Assembly (NCBI GenBank): GCA_050273025.1
Contig: CP158635.1
Coordinates: forward strand, 13,144,001-13,208,000
From: Cenococcum geophilum
Taxonomy: Eukaryota
Reading direction: 5' to 3'
DNA: 64,000 nucleotides
Shown: one piece after another, positions 11,729 to 25,782 of the stretch
Numbering within the stretch: the first letter of the stretch is position 1
Layout of the letters: each line of letters starts with the position of its first letter
Position numbers and translations under genes: made by a program
Notes under the pieces: model-generated
Databases searched by the model: none
What the model saw: the letters and a program-made list of their open reading frames with translations, nothing else
What the model was told of the DNA's origin: nothing

Positions 11729-14700
11729 GCTCGCTACTATATAAAGCTTAATATTATTTCTATATTTAACCGCCTCTATATAGCAAAAGGAGATAAATAG
11801 CTTACTGCATTTCGTACTTAGTATAGATTATTTAAATACTTAGTAACGCTATTTAGCCTTATAAATACTCTAAGCTCGTTTTAATATTACGTAAATAATA
11901 CCCTACGTCCCTACTTAGACATCTTGTATACTGTTTATATTAACGACATTCTAATATACAGTAATAACCTAACTAAATATTAGAAACACGTTAACCTTAT
12001 TTTATAAGCCCTATATAAAGCTAGTCTATAATTAGATATAGATAAATATAAGTTTTATAAAATAGAAGTTCTATACCTTAGACTCCTTATTTTTATAAAT
12101 AGTATATAAATAGACTTAAAGAAAGTTAAAGTAATTATAAACTAGTAAAAACCTAAGAACGTTAAGGATATAAGAGCCTTTATAATAGAAACCGTTAATG
12201 AATCAAAATGAAATCCCCATGACACATTAAGTGATTCCGAATCGATTCATCTAAATACTTGTATTGACACAGATTTGCCAATTTCTACTAATAGTTTATT
12301 AATAACTTCTCCGCCCTAGTTTTACCCCTTATTACTTTAATCTAAAAAGATAAAGCTTTTATCTTTAATAAGGAATATAAGAAGGCCTTTACTTATTTAA
12401 AGATTATATTTACTACTATACCTATACTCTAATACTTTAACCTAGAATAAATAAGTGTTATAGAAGCCAACTTATCTAATTACGTTATTAGAGGTATTCT
12501 GTCTTAATATAATAAAGAAGGAGTATTATACCCTATAGCATACTTCTTAAAGTAACTAAGCCCTACTAAATATAATTATAAGATTTATAATAAAGAATTA
12601 CTAGCTATTATTAGATACTTTAAGCAATAGTAACCTAAACTAGAAGGCGCCGGATTTTTAATTAAAGTCTTTAGCGACTATAAGAACCTATAGTACTTTA
12701 TAACCATAAAACAGCTAAGTTATTATTAGGCCCGCTAGTTAGAATATTTATTACGCTTCTAATTTTTAATTATATACCGCCTAGGCATTTAAGGTTAAAA
12801 GCCTAATACCTTAACCTAATACTTATAAGACGCGCTAGCCCTAAAAGAAGCGCGCTCTTACTAAAATTAAACCCTACTTCGCCCTAAACTATTTAACCCT
12901 CCTATTAAAGACCTTACGGTACACGTCCTTAAAATAACTAATTAATTAATTTAATAGATTATAGTTAATAAATACCTAAATAACGAGTTTATTTAAGAGA
13001 CGCTTAAGCTAATATAAGATGGCATTAGAAGCTTTAAAAAGATTTCTTTAAGTAAATATAAAGCCTATAGAAACCGCTTATATTACTAAAACCGTCTAGT
13101 TATCCCTAATTATAATAAGCTTAAGCTTAAGCTCCTTAAATATATATATAATCTACCCATCGCTAGCTACCTAGGCTAAAAAAAGACCCTAAAACTACTC
13201 TAACGGGAGTATTACTAGCTAAATATATATAATATAATACGAAGATATATCTCTAGCTACTATACCTATTAATAAGCTAAAGCCTCGTATAAGATATATA
13301 ACGGCCTTTTAAAGCTACTACCTGTTTTAGACTAAAGATAGAAGGATATCTTAATTAACTTTATTATTAACCTCCCTAAGAGTAGAGGCTATATAAATAT
13401 TATAATAGTTATAAACCAACTATTTAAAATAAGACACTTAATCGCCTACCCTAATATATTAACGCCTACTATTACCTAACTATTCCTAGGTTATATATAG
13501 AAACTCTATAGACTCTCTAAAACAATTATCTCTAATAAAGGCAGCTAGTTTATCTTAGCATTTTAAAAAAACTAACTACTTAACTCCATATTAAAGCACT
13601 ATTATCTACTATATATTATTTAGAAATAGATAGTTAAACGGAACGCGTAAATACTATAATAGAATAGTATATTCGGATATATACGTTATATTTATAGGAT
13701 AACTAGATTAACTAGCTTATATTTACTAAGTTTACTATAAATAATTCCGTCTTAGAAACTATAAAAAGTCTTCCCATTCCTAGCTAATTATAACTAGTAC
13801 CTATAAATAGGTTTTAAACCCTTTAGTAATATTTCTTACCCCGCTTATTACGCCTTATAAGTTATAGAAGTAAATAAATTTATAAAGAAGATAGAGGAAC
13901 TATAATAGTTCCTTACTAATAAGATAATATAGGCTTAATTTATCTATAAAGCCGTAGCGAATAAGAAATAAACCCTAGCACCGGCCTATTAAATTAGTAA
14001 TTTTATCTAGCTAGATATAAGAAATCTAAACATAAAACGACTTACTAAGAAACTTAATTAGGAGAACGCTAGCCCTTATAAAGTTAAAAAGGTTGTCTCT
14101 TCTTATACCTACTAACTAAAGCTCCTTAATACGGTTAAAATCCACCCTATATTTTATACGTCAGTCCTCTACCCTACTACCCCAATATTAAACGCCCTGC
14201 CTAAATAGATATAGGACCCTCCCCTACCAGTTAAGGTAGATAGTGAGGGTAAGTACTTTATTAAAAGAATTAATAGTATTAAGTATAATAAACGGAAACG
14301 CTAATATATATATCTTATAAAGTAAAGAGGCTATATTAAGCCCTTATAGGAACCTATTAACTCTATAGGACTTATATAAGCTATAAAAGACTTTTATAAA
14401 CACCACCTAGAACTACTATAGCCCCATCTCGCAGAAACTTAAGTTTAAAGGGGGGGTACTATTATAGGATACCACTGTAACACCTTATACACATCTACCT
14501 ATTTCTACTAACTTAGTAACTAAAGACTAACCATAAAACGGCAATCTAACGGTAACTTACTATATTCTGCTATATTCCACTAAGTTCTACTAAGTTTTAC
14601 TAAATCCCGCTAAGTTCTACTAGGACTACTACCTAAATCCTATTCTGCTCCGTATATATATTAACTAAGCAACCAAGTCCATAATATATACTCTTTCTTC

Positions 14701-14818
14701 CTATTTTCCTACCTTCTTTCCTTATATAACGTCTTAACTTTCTTATATAGTTTATATATATAGCTTAATAATATCTACCTTGCTATATATTATTACCGCT
14801 TATACTCACTCCATAACA
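11729..14818 (+). mobile_element. Gypsy family C, copy C2 (3' half: RT-RH-IN-chromo, PPT, 3' LTR 14460-14818)
   Basis: Starts ARYYTKLDIISAFNRL (RT) and is colinear with 29757-31283 + 44633-46090. PPT aaagggggggtac precedes the LTR. Confidence 0.9.
12185..12271 (-). other. nad5: NUMT: ~87-bp fragment of mitochondrial nad5
   Basis: Absent from the paralogous pol at ~30201 and ~26449, and not RIPed. The minus strand in genetic code 4 reads VSIQVFRW(TGA)IDSESLNVSWGFHFDSLTVS, matching the fungal ND5 N-terminal region. Confidence 0.88.
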
Positions 14819-15650
14819 GTTACTATATACCCTTAGGGCCTTGGCGTCCTAATAAACTAGGCGGTTTTAGTAGTATAAGCAGATTCTATATACTTTATAT
14901 TTACTTAAAGAGATTTTTAGTAAAAGGGTTAAATATTTTAAAATAAAGTAGGGTCTAATTTTAGTAAAAGCGCGCTTTTTTAGTACTAGTACGTCTTATA
15001 AGCGTTAGGTTAGGGTATTAAGCTTCTAACCTTAGACACCTAGGTAATATATAATTAAGAATTAAAAGCGAGATATATATTCTAACTAGCGGGCCTAATA
15101 ATAGCCTAACTATTTTATAGTCGTAAAGTACTATAAATTCTTATAGTTATAGACTAACTATCTAAGATAAGATACTTAATTGCCTGCCCTAATATATTAA
15201 TGCTTACTATTGCCTAACTGTTTCTGAATTATATATAGAAACTCTATAAACTCCCTAAAACGATTATCTCTAATAAAGATAGCTAGTTAATTTCTATATT
15301 TTAGAGAAAACTAACTACTTAACTCCGCATTAAAGCACTATTATTTATAGTATACTACCCAGAAATAGATCGTTAAATAAAATTATATATTTGGATTTAT
15401 ATATTGTATTTATAGGATAACTGGATTAACTAGCTTGTATTTACTAAGTTTACTATAAATAATTCTATTTTAAAAACTATAAAGGTTTCCCTATTTCTAG
15501 TTAACTATAGCTAGTATTTATAAATAGGTTTTAAACCCTTTAGTAATATTCCTTACCCCGCTTATTACGTCCTATAAGTTATAAAAGTAAAAATTTTTAT
15601 AAAGAAGATAGAGGAATTATAACGGTTTCTTACTAGTAAAATGATATAGG
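14819..15650. mobile_element. Rearranged family C pol fragments (minus-strand RH/IN piece ~14850-15150; plus-strand IN piece ~15160-15650 continuing at 22500-22561)
   Basis: Direct and reverse-complement similarity to 12680-13100 and 13430-13990. Confidence 0.75.
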
Positions 15651-18600
15651 TGTTACGGAACCCCACCGTAGGGGCCTCCATAAGAGAACCCCGTGCTCTT
15701 ACGTATACCTCGCGTACAGCTTATATTAGCTACGCGTAGGTATATTACCTCCTTACGCCCTCGACCCTTACGATCGATCGCGTAACGTCTTATAGACTCC
15801 TCGAATACATACGCTCTGTAGCTACTACCCTTGCCCTATAATATTACGTTGCGCCTTTTTTACTACTAATACTTAGCCTATAACTAATTCTACGTCTTTA
15901 TAATACCGTAGGCGCTGCTAGAAGCAGCGTATCTATAAGTTACTCTACTTTATACTTCTAAGAAACCCATAATAGTAAGATAATATTTCTTACTAGCTAC
16001 TATATTAAACCTAAAGAACAATCTAATACCTATACTTAACCTACACCGTCAATTAACCCTAGGAGAATTTAACTTATTAGCCCTAGCCTTAACCCTTAAG
16101 GGGAAGCCTAGTGGCTTAAAATATTATAATAACCTTAATAAGGTAGACATTAATAATATCTTATCCTTTATTAACTATATAACTATAAAAAAGTAAGTGG
16201 AAGAGCTACTACCTATTAAAATTAAAATATAAGACGCTAAGACGTTTATAAAAAAGGTAGTATAAGAACCCGATAAATACTACCGCCTTTTATAGAACTA
16301 CTACCTAAAGCTTATATAAGCTAAAATGCGTACTGCCTAAGATCGCGATATTATTTAAGACCTGTAAGCTTATAAGGCGCTCACTAATAATATACGCTAA
16401 AAGATTAAAGATAACCTCTACGTGTCTAAACGCGACGTCTAACGGTTAAAGAAGGCTAAGATTATACTTATTACTACGGTTACTAAAAAAGACGGCATAA
16501 TTAAATACCTATAATCTTAGCTTAATAAGTATATTTATAATAACGCTAGATACCTCTTTACTATATATAACGCTACCTAAGTCTTTACGCCCCTAATAAC
16601 TTTACCTACTTAACGCTTAACAGAGGGTTAGCGCTAAGCAGCTTTACCTAATAGGAACCCCTACTAAAGCAGCGATAATAAAAGCTATAACGATTAAACC
16701 TAAGCTGCTACCGTAGGGTCTAATACACGTTACTTTATCCCTTAGTTTTTTAGGGAGACTATAAGGAATATAGCCACTAAAAGATATAAATTTACAAAAA
16801 ACTAACCTAGAGCGCCTGCCTTTTTCCTACGGAAGATACTAAGATTAGTTATATTATTGGGCGAATAAAGGGTATACTATTTAATAGACTCTTTACTTAA
16901 TGGAAGACTAATGGCCCCTAGAAGTAGTAGTCTTATTAAGAAGTCCTTAATAATCTTAACCTAATATACCGTAACTATAACCTATTAGCCACTAGCTAAG
17001 CTAAACTATATACCCTAAAGATAAACCCTATTAAATTATTTAACAAATTCTATATTAAATTCTAGGAATATACTAAAGCTATTACCTAAGACAATACCGA
17101 AGACTAAGAGGACCTCCTTAAAAAAGTTACTTATTACCTTAGTTACGCAGCCGCCAGCTATAACTATAACGACATTTATAATATAGTAGCAGCTCTATAG
17201 AAGATTAAATAACAACTAAATTAGATTACTACTACTAACCTTTACCTAAAGACCTCTCTGTAGAAGCCTTCTAGGCCTACTAAACCTATATATACTAAGC
17301 CACTAATACCTACTACCTTAAGTGCTACCGGAGCCAATATTAATTTCTCTATACTAACCTTTTTATAAAAACTCTTAAATAGAGAGCGCAAGCTACTCCA
17401 AAAACTAGGATACTGCTATAAATGCTAATAAGAAGGCTACTATTGCGATAACCTAAACTGCCTAATAGCTAGGTTTAGTAGCCGCCGCCTAATACCTAGC
17501 CTAATACCCTAAATACTAAATACGTTACTATATACCACTACTATATAAAATAAAGACGTAGTAATAGCGGTAGAGTTAAATATGGAAGCGGAAAACGCCA
17601 AGTCCTAGCTCTAAGTTATGGGTTAGGACGCCCTAATAACGGAGGAATCTATATATTGGCTTACTTAATAGATAACTTAGTAAAGATAAATAGACGGAAA
17701 TAAATAGTTTTACCTATAATAGGAACTACTGCTAAAAAATAATATAAAAGCCGTTCTATAGTTAATTATAGAGTTACTAATAAATTTATAGATGCCTAAT
17801 TTATGCGTACTTATAACCTACCTACCTTACCCCTTACTAAAGCCCGCGCCCTATAACTTACTAATAGTAGTTATACTGTATAGAAGATTACCTATATAGT
17901 ATAACTTTACCTAGATATAAAAGGCATTAGGAAAAACTCTAGGCCTATATTATACCACTTACCAACTACCCTATTATCCTTAGAATAAACTAGCTTAAAT
18001 AATATAACTTTACTATTAACTAGAAAAAGAGAGAAGTAACCTTTAATTCTAAATACTATAGAGAGACTTGCCTAGGGTATAGCCTAGCCGCCTTTATTTA
18101 CTCCCTAGGATATTAACCCACAGAACCCCTTATTACCCTACCTATAACTAACTACTACTATATAAGTGCCTCGGCCTTCTACTATATAGTATATAGAAAA
18201 GGCTAAACCGTCGCTATAGCTTCCTAATTATAACTATATAAGCTTAATAAAGAATAGGACTACGTCCTCTATAGTAATAGGATAGACATAGTTAACCTTT
18301 TAGAAGATAACGCCCCTATAAAACCCTATAGACCTCTACCTCTAGACCCTAAGAAGTTTATAAAGCTTAAAAAAGGACTTACTAATAAAGAACTCCGTAA
18401 GCTCCTCCCTAAAAGGTACTATAACTTTACTAACATATGCTTATAAAAGGGCGTAGATATACTCCCCCTACATCGACCTAATAACTATACTATTAATATT
18501 AAATAAGGAAAAATGCTACCTTATAAGAGACCCTACTTAATATTAAAAGACGAACTTCTAGTTATAAAAAAGTATATTAACGAGCATCTTAATAAAGGAT

Positions 18601-21600
18601 TTATTCGTCCTAGTATATTACTAGTAGCCGCCCCTATTCTTCTTGCTAAGAAACTAAAAGGAGGTATTTAATTCTACGTTAACTATAGAGGACTTAACGC
18701 TATTACGATTAAAAACTAATACCCAGTACCGCTTATATATAAGACCCTTAAGCGGCTTAGTTAAGCTAAAATCTATATTAAGCTTAATATTATTGCCGCC
18801 TTTAACTATTTTTAAATACGGGAAGGTAACGAATAGAAAACCATATTTATATCGCGCTTTAGGCAATTTAAATATACTATTATGCCCTTTAGCGTATATA
18901 ACAGCCTAAGCACCTTCTAAAGCTATATTAATAATGCCTTATAGGACTACCTTAACGACTTCTACTCTATGTACCTAGATAATATACTTATTTATAGTAA
19001 TAACCCTTTTAAGTATACTAAACATATTTAAAAGGTCCTATAGCGCCTTCGGGACGTAGGACTTTATATTAATTTTAAAAAAATATGAATTCTTAGTTAT
19101 AGAAGTAAAATACCTTAAACTAATTATTACTACTAAGGGTGTCTGTATAGACCCCAAGAAAGTACGTATAATTACTAAATAGTAAGCCCCTAACTATATT
19201 AAGGACGTATAAGCCTTCCTTAGTTTCGCTAACTTTTATTAGAAATTTATATATAACTTCTTAAGCGTAGTAGTACTACTTATAGCAATAATGTAAATAA
19301 AGGGCCTTTTTATAAAAGAAAGAAAAACATACCTATGCTTTATCTAAACGCCTAAATATAAGAAGGCATTCTAAGACCTTAAAAATGTCTTTACTAAAGC
19401 ACCTATCCTAGCTTACTTTATACTAGGACGACAACTCTATCTTAAAACTAACTCCTTAAACTACGTTAACATAGGCGTCCTTTTCTAGATGGGCAACAAC
19501 GGTCCTCTTTACTTAGTTATATTCTACTCGTCTAAGCTTATACTATAAAAGTATAACTATAAGATCTATAATAAAAAACTCCTTATAATTATATAAGCGT
19601 TTAAAGAATTCTAACTAGAACTCTCCTTAGTAGAGCCCAACTAGCTAACTAAAGTTTTTACGGACCATTATAACCTTAAGTACTTTATAACTATAAAGTA
19701 GCTAAATTAATACTAGGTATATTAAAACGAGTTCGTCTTTAGTTTTAACTTTAAAATTATATATAGACTAGGAGTATAAGGTACTAAACCTAATAGCCTA
19801 ATACGCCGCTTATGTTACGGACGCTTTAAGTAAAGGACTACGACTACTTAGAGAGGAGTCGGAGGAAGTTAGTTAGTTGATTACGGCACGGTCCAGGATG
19901 GAACCCGTGGAACTATGTGACAAAGGGTAGTAACCGAGGTCATATAATGAGCTCTATAAGCTCTGTAAGCTCTATAAGCTTTATAAGGAACGTCCCGCGT
20001 ACCTCGCGTACCTTATATACCTCACGTACCTCACGTAGCGAAGGGATTTCTTAGGAGTATGGTTGTGTATTTAAAGGACCACAGTCCTTACCCAGATAGT
20101 TCTCTCTTTGTAGTAATTCTCAGAATACAATTGGAGTTAATCCGTTAGGCAACCACTCCACCAGTTGTACTTGTTACTATTATATTATTGACTCGTTCGT
20201 ATATCTACACACCTAGCCCATTAACGCGTCCATCGTAGTATTTCCTACAAGGCGTTCGTTACAGCTTATAAGACCTTCCTTAGTCTAAAGATAACCCCTA
20301 TAATTAGTTCTAATAATAGATAATCTTAAAAGGATAAAATTTGGCCCTAGGTATACTACCTATAATAGAGCTAACTATACCTTAGCTTTATACTATAAAA
20401 CTAAAGTTACCTCCTAAAATTAATAAGCTTATTACTACGGCATATAACACCTCTATTAACCTATTACTATATTAACTTATCGCCGTAAAGACCGCTAGCG
20501 CCTATATACTGCCTACTAACCTTTAAAACTTAGGCCAGATTAATATAGTAGCCTTAAAAGTAAAAGAGAATAGGCCGCCTATTTATCCCTAACTTAGAAA
20601 ATCTATAACGGCAATTAATCTAAATGGCCTACGACCTCTAATTAAGCGGCTACCTAGGTAGAGGAGGAACCTATAAGCTCCTTAGCCGATACTACTTCTA
20701 GCCAAAAATAATAGACTTAGTTAAACGCTTTATAGGCGTCTATTACGGTTATAAGCGCGCTAAGGCCTTTAATATAAAGTACTAAAGACTACTATACCCT
20801 TTACTAGTACCTATATAATAATAGGTAGATATTGCTATAGATTTTGTTATTAACCTACCACCCTATAAACAATATAGCCGTACCTATAAGAACATCTTTA
20901 TAATAATATACTAATTTATAAAAAAGCGCCACTACGTCCTAATTAAAGGCGTAGCCGTTAGCGACGTTACTAATACCTTCCTCTACGAAGTTTACTAACT
21001 ATATAGGTTACCTAACTCGATTATATCCAACTAAGGTATATAATTTAACTCTAATATATAGAGATAAATCTATTAATACCTTAGCATCTTCGTTAAGATA
21101 TCTATATCCTTCTATTATAAAACTACTAGGTAACTAGAAAACGCTAATACTAATATAAAAGCGTACCTATAATAGGTAGTTGCCTATAGTTAAGATAACT
21201 AGGTAGATTACCTCCTACTAGGTAAATTTGTAGCGAATAACTACGTCTTAACCACTATAGGACTTACCTCGTTCTTTACAAATAAGGGTTATTACCCCTA
21301 ATCCGGCATAGAGCCACTAGAACCTATTAATAAGAAACTACTATATAGAAAACGCCTTAAGATACTACTTGCTAACTAGCATATAGACTATATAAAAAAT
21401 CTACTTAACTACTATAAGGGAGAAATGGCCTAGGCTTAAGCAAAGTAGGCCTACTTCGCCGACTATTATAGAACGCTACTACCAGAGATGCGTGTTAGCG
21501 ACTAGGTATAGCTAAATATACGTAATATCTCTACGCAGAGGCCTATAAAGTTACTTAATTATAAGAACTTTAGCCCCTATTTAATTAAATAAGTTATTAA

Positions 21601-22494
21601 TAAGGGAGCTATATATAAGCTAAAACTTCTACTTACCCTAGCCACCTATAGGATATAGCCTATATTTTACCTATAGCTATTATACCTCTATTAGGCTAAC
21701 CCCTTACTAGGGTAGATATAGCCTAAACCCCTACTAGTACTAATCCGAGATAAGAACAAAGATAAGAACTATAAGGAGTGGACCATTAAACGAATTATTA
21801 ACTCTGAATACTTTAGTAAAGGTAGAGGACAACGGCTCTACTACAGAGCTATATATATATAGGATTTGATATAAATTAGCTAGAATAGTAACTATAGAAA
21901 GACTTTAAAAATGCAAAGGATCTAATTAGTGATTTTTATTACGCAAACCTATAGAAACCGGGCTTAAGCAGAGATTTTATACCTAATCCTCTATAGGAGC
22001 CCTTATAGAGTTAAACCGTTATATATTACCACGTAAAGGCAAATTGCCGTTAGATTACTATTAGATTACGGTAAAGTGCAATTATATAACCAGAATATCG
22101 TTAAGATGTCTAGGAACTTTAACTGGCGGTTAAAGTTATCTAATTAGTTAGATTCTTAGATGCTAAGCCTTATTATATAACGTTGTTTTAAGCCTTTAGC
22201 AATACCCCCCTTTCTTCTTTTCTATACCTTAAGTGTCCCTTTTATATATATATAGTAACCACAGCGTCGCCGGAGCTTCGCCTTTATAGGAGGGGGGGTA
22301 GTATTACGGAACCCTACTATAGGGGCCTTTATAGGAGAACCCTATACTCTTATATACACCTCGCGTATAGCTTATATTAGCTACACGTAGGTATATCACC
22401 TCCTTACGCCCTTAACCCTTATAATTAATCGTGTAATATCTTATAGACTCCTTAAATATATACGCTCTATAGCTACTGCCCTTACCCTATAATA
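15651..22494 (+). mobile_element. Full-length RIPed Gypsy chromovirus family D, copy D1 (LTRs 15651-15843 and 22302-22494; TSD ATAGG)
   Basis: Two 193-bp LTRs; TSD ATAGG at 15646-15650 and 22495-22499; PPT ggagggggggtag; RT YLD(D)ILIYS at ~18972; chromodomain EWT(V)ERI..YRAxYxG at ~21780-21960. Confidence 0.95.
19813..20263 (+). repeat. Solo LTR of family B inserted in D1 pol (TSD GCTTA)
   Basis: TGTTACGG...CGTTACA flanked by GCTTA at 19808-19812 and 20264-20268. Absent from D2 and less RIPed than its host. Confidence 0.95.
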
Positions 22495-22561
22495 ATAGGT
22501 CTAATCTATTTATAAAGTTATAGTGAATAAGAAATAAACCCTAGCACTAGCCTACTAAATT

Positions 22562-24698
22562 ATAATAATTTATTGCTTAACGTCTAATTTAGATCCTTAT
22601 TAGGCCTATATAGACTACTCCTTATTTATATATAGGGAGAAAACTCTACTTAAGAAAACCCCGTAATCTATCTCCCCGCCGTTTAAAACTTATCTACTTA
22701 GCGCCTATAAGGCGCCTGCGAGTTACCTATAGTACTTTACTACCTTACTTTTTAACCTTTTTAGGAACTACTACTGCCGTAATAAGCCTATAGACGCGCT
22801 AGTATTATAAACTTTACTTTACCACTATAGAGTTATTAGGGGGCGCCTATTACTCGCCCCTTTACCTTTTATTACTATTTCCCTTATAATTTAGAACTAG
22901 TTTAGCACACTTTAGCTAATAAGCCACTAGGTAACCGCCTTAAGACCTTTTTATATTAAGAGTAGCGTATTATAGTTCTCTATGCCAGCTACTAAGAGTA
23001 TTACTTCTTAGTTAGAGCGTAAGGGGTATACAGCTCTGGGCACGACCAGCTTCACCCCCCCCCCCTCTAGCAAAAATATTATTTCGCTACAGTACGCGGG
23101 CTCGCCAAATCGCCACCAACTGTACATAGTAATTGTAGCGAAGCTGTATACTTCGCTGCAAGAACTTTGCTTCTGGGGGACTTGCGATCAACCTTCCTCC
23201 GTAGTGTCGTGATCTTTGTCAAATATCGTAAAGCTTCCACCCATACGATATTGCTAAATTTCATCGACAATTGCAGAGACAGCGTTGTATTCGCGTTTTG
23301 GCGGCCGCAACAGAGGCGTCGTTAAGGGGGAGAAGAGGAAGCGTACGTCTTCAATTTGGTTCTCCCGGCCAACTAAGGCGATTCTTCTGGCCAACTAAGG
23401 TGATTCTCCAGGGCAACCAAAAAGGTCCTTGCGTGCAGACACATGCGTTCGCTACAATTACTATATACAGTTGGTGGCGATTTGGCGAGCCCGCGTACCG
23501 TAGCGAAATAATATTTTTGCTAGAGGGGGGGGAGGTGAAGCTAGTCGTGCCTAGAGCTGTAATAGTATTACGTATTTTAGTGTCTGTCTTAGCTAGCTAT
23601 ATTTATATCTTAGGCTACCTACTAAGATACCTACTTAGTAGAGCCAGTCTTTTAGTCCTATTATTCCTATTCTTAAGAGTATTACTATTATATTTTCTAC
23701 CTTTATTAAGCCTTCTTAGAGCCTTTAAGTATTTACCCCCTATAGCATTAACTATGCTATAGCTTAGGTTCCTCTTATCTAAGTTAACCTCTATACCTTT
23801 AACCTTTATATACCTCTCCATTATTAGTCTAACTAGTACTATATTGCGGTAGATAGTTTCCTAGCGTTCTTTTATACTTTACTTTAACTCCTTTTTCTTT
23901 CTTGCTATTATCTTTACTAGCCTTTTACGCGTCTCCTATTCTCCTTTATATAGGCCTAGGCCTTAAAGCGGCACTATTCTTCTTTTACTTTTTTTTTTAC
24001 CTATTTCTCTAATATATCTTCCCTACTTTAGGGTTATTAGCTTATTCTCCTATATAGCACCCTAGGGTCCCTTTATAGTTTATTTAGGCATATCCTAATA
24101 TACTTTATAATATTAGAGTTATGTTTCTTTTACGCCCTTTATATTGCAGCGGCTTTAATATATAGTTATAGGGGGGGAATATTAACTTCCTTCTTAAGCA
24201 GTACTGTAGCCATTCGCTTATACCCACCTATTATACTTTAAAGGCAGGCTATTTAGACCTTTTAGAGTAGTTTAAGGAGCGATTTAGGGGGGCCTTTCTC
24301 GGTTTCTTTAATAGCCTAAATACTAGACCTATATATTATGGTTAGCTAGATAACTACTATATATAATAGGCGTAACCTCTAAAAGTATAGGCCCTATATA
24401 GAATTAACGATCCTAGATACTGTAATATACTATACTTAGCTCTTATAGGCCACTTACGCCGTATATACGCTCTACTAGAGCTTACTATTTACCTATACTT
24501 TTAATACCCTTAGGCCCTAAACTAGTTAACCCCTAAAGCCTTAGATATTAATTATATACTAAAGATTTACAGTAGGTAGTTATATAGTAGAGTTTAGTAT
24601 ACTTGCTTATCTAGGCCTCTACCCTAGTTTTCTAGTAACTTTTCCTTTTTAAGGCCTAAGGGCCTAGGGCTTTTTATAAGTAATTAGCTGTCACTACC
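22562..24698 (-). mobile_element. Tad1-like non-LTR retrotransposon (LINE), 3' part of ORF2 and 3' UTR, RIPed; 5' side cut by A2
   Basis: De-RIPed minus strand: ..LEKVQIACLRSVTGGYKRTATAVLEKEVNIPPLQLHIE..; ..LLRTGxIGLKDWL..; zinc finger PRCxCGWPRQTPKHVILLC; ..GLKAVTQWLI..VLDQFQ. The 3' end reads caataaattattata near 22562. Confidence 0.82.
23031..23559. mobile_element. MITE / non-autonomous Tc1-mariner-type element, 112-bp TIRs, TA TSD
   Basis: TIRs 23031-23142 and 23448-23559 (CAGCTCTGGGCACGACCAGCTTCACC..). TA at 23029-30 and 23560-61. Removing the element restores the LINE reading frame. Confidence 0.93.
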
Positions 24699-25782
24699 TA
24701 TAATGGGACTAGCCCAGTTATAGTAGGAATGTCTCGGTGAAACACTCGATAGATAAATTCTAACGCTTTAACCGAATTCTGCTAGATTAATTAAATTCTA
24801 CCGAAGTCCGTTAAAGACCGCGTGCGTATATACGCACGCATTGACCACCAAGCCCCTAACTATTTAATTATATAATTCTCTTGTTATTCCATTCTCTTCT
24901 TTACGCAACGTCTTGTTTTTAGCGAGAGCTATATACCCTTAGATTTAGATAGAATTATATTATTCCCTTAAATCTTCCTTAAAGTCTTTCCGCGCCCTTA
25001 TATTACGTTACGTTAATACTAATACCCTTAAAATGGCAAACGAACTCAAATCCGCCACAATAACTATTATAACCCTAGTTAGGGAATAAATGACTATAAT
25101 ATAATAGTCCTTTATAGATGCCTTAGCCTAGTAACAAACTATACTAAAAGCTTAGCATTAATAATTAATTAAAGCAATATATAAAGAACTCTATAACGTT
25201 AAAGTACTCGCGTTAGAGACCCTAATAGCAACACCTATAAATAAAATTAAAATAACTATATGCGAACCTAACCTATTAAATATAAACCCCAAACTAGTAA
25301 TAGCAGCTTAACCTATACCTATAATAAACCTAATACCTACTATAAAATCTAAAAAGCTCCCTAACCCCCCAATGTTTAATAGAAATTAAAATAACCTATA
25401 TCCCTTTATAACTAAGCTCCGTCTTAAACTTTTAATAAACTATAACCGATACCCTACTAAAGCTAGTAAGATTAGCTATGGAATATCTTATTTAAGTAAA
25501 AACGCTGCATAATCTATGGACCTATTCTTTTATAATAGCACCTTTATTAATTTTAAAATCTTTATCTTTCTACTAGAATAAATATATAATAACGCTAGCC
25601 ATAAATATACAGCTGTTATTAAATTTAAAAACCTATAATAACGGAACCGAGACTTTGCTAGCTTCTTTTCGGAATTTTTAGGCCTTATTAGTAAATTAGA
25701 TTAGAATAAAGCCGCTAGAGTTACTACTCTCTATTAAGCTATTTTAGATAAAATTAAAGTATAGTTAGTAGGTAGAGAACTA
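24699..25782 (+). mobile_element. Gypsy family A, copy A2: 5' LTR 24699-25002 + truncated gag (ATG 25033)
   Basis: Reverse-complement homolog of ~285-1383; ends abruptly at ..GGTAGAGAACTA. Confidence 0.88.

Noticed and set aside
23271..23762. 163-aa ORF from the ORF track
   Set aside because: It runs from the MITE core through a TIR into antisense LINE sequence; a chance ORF.
22562..24698. MULE or Fot1 DNA transposase
   Set aside because: The Cys/His motif and neighbouring sequence fit the C-terminus of a Tad1-like LINE ORF2, and there are no TIRs at its ends.
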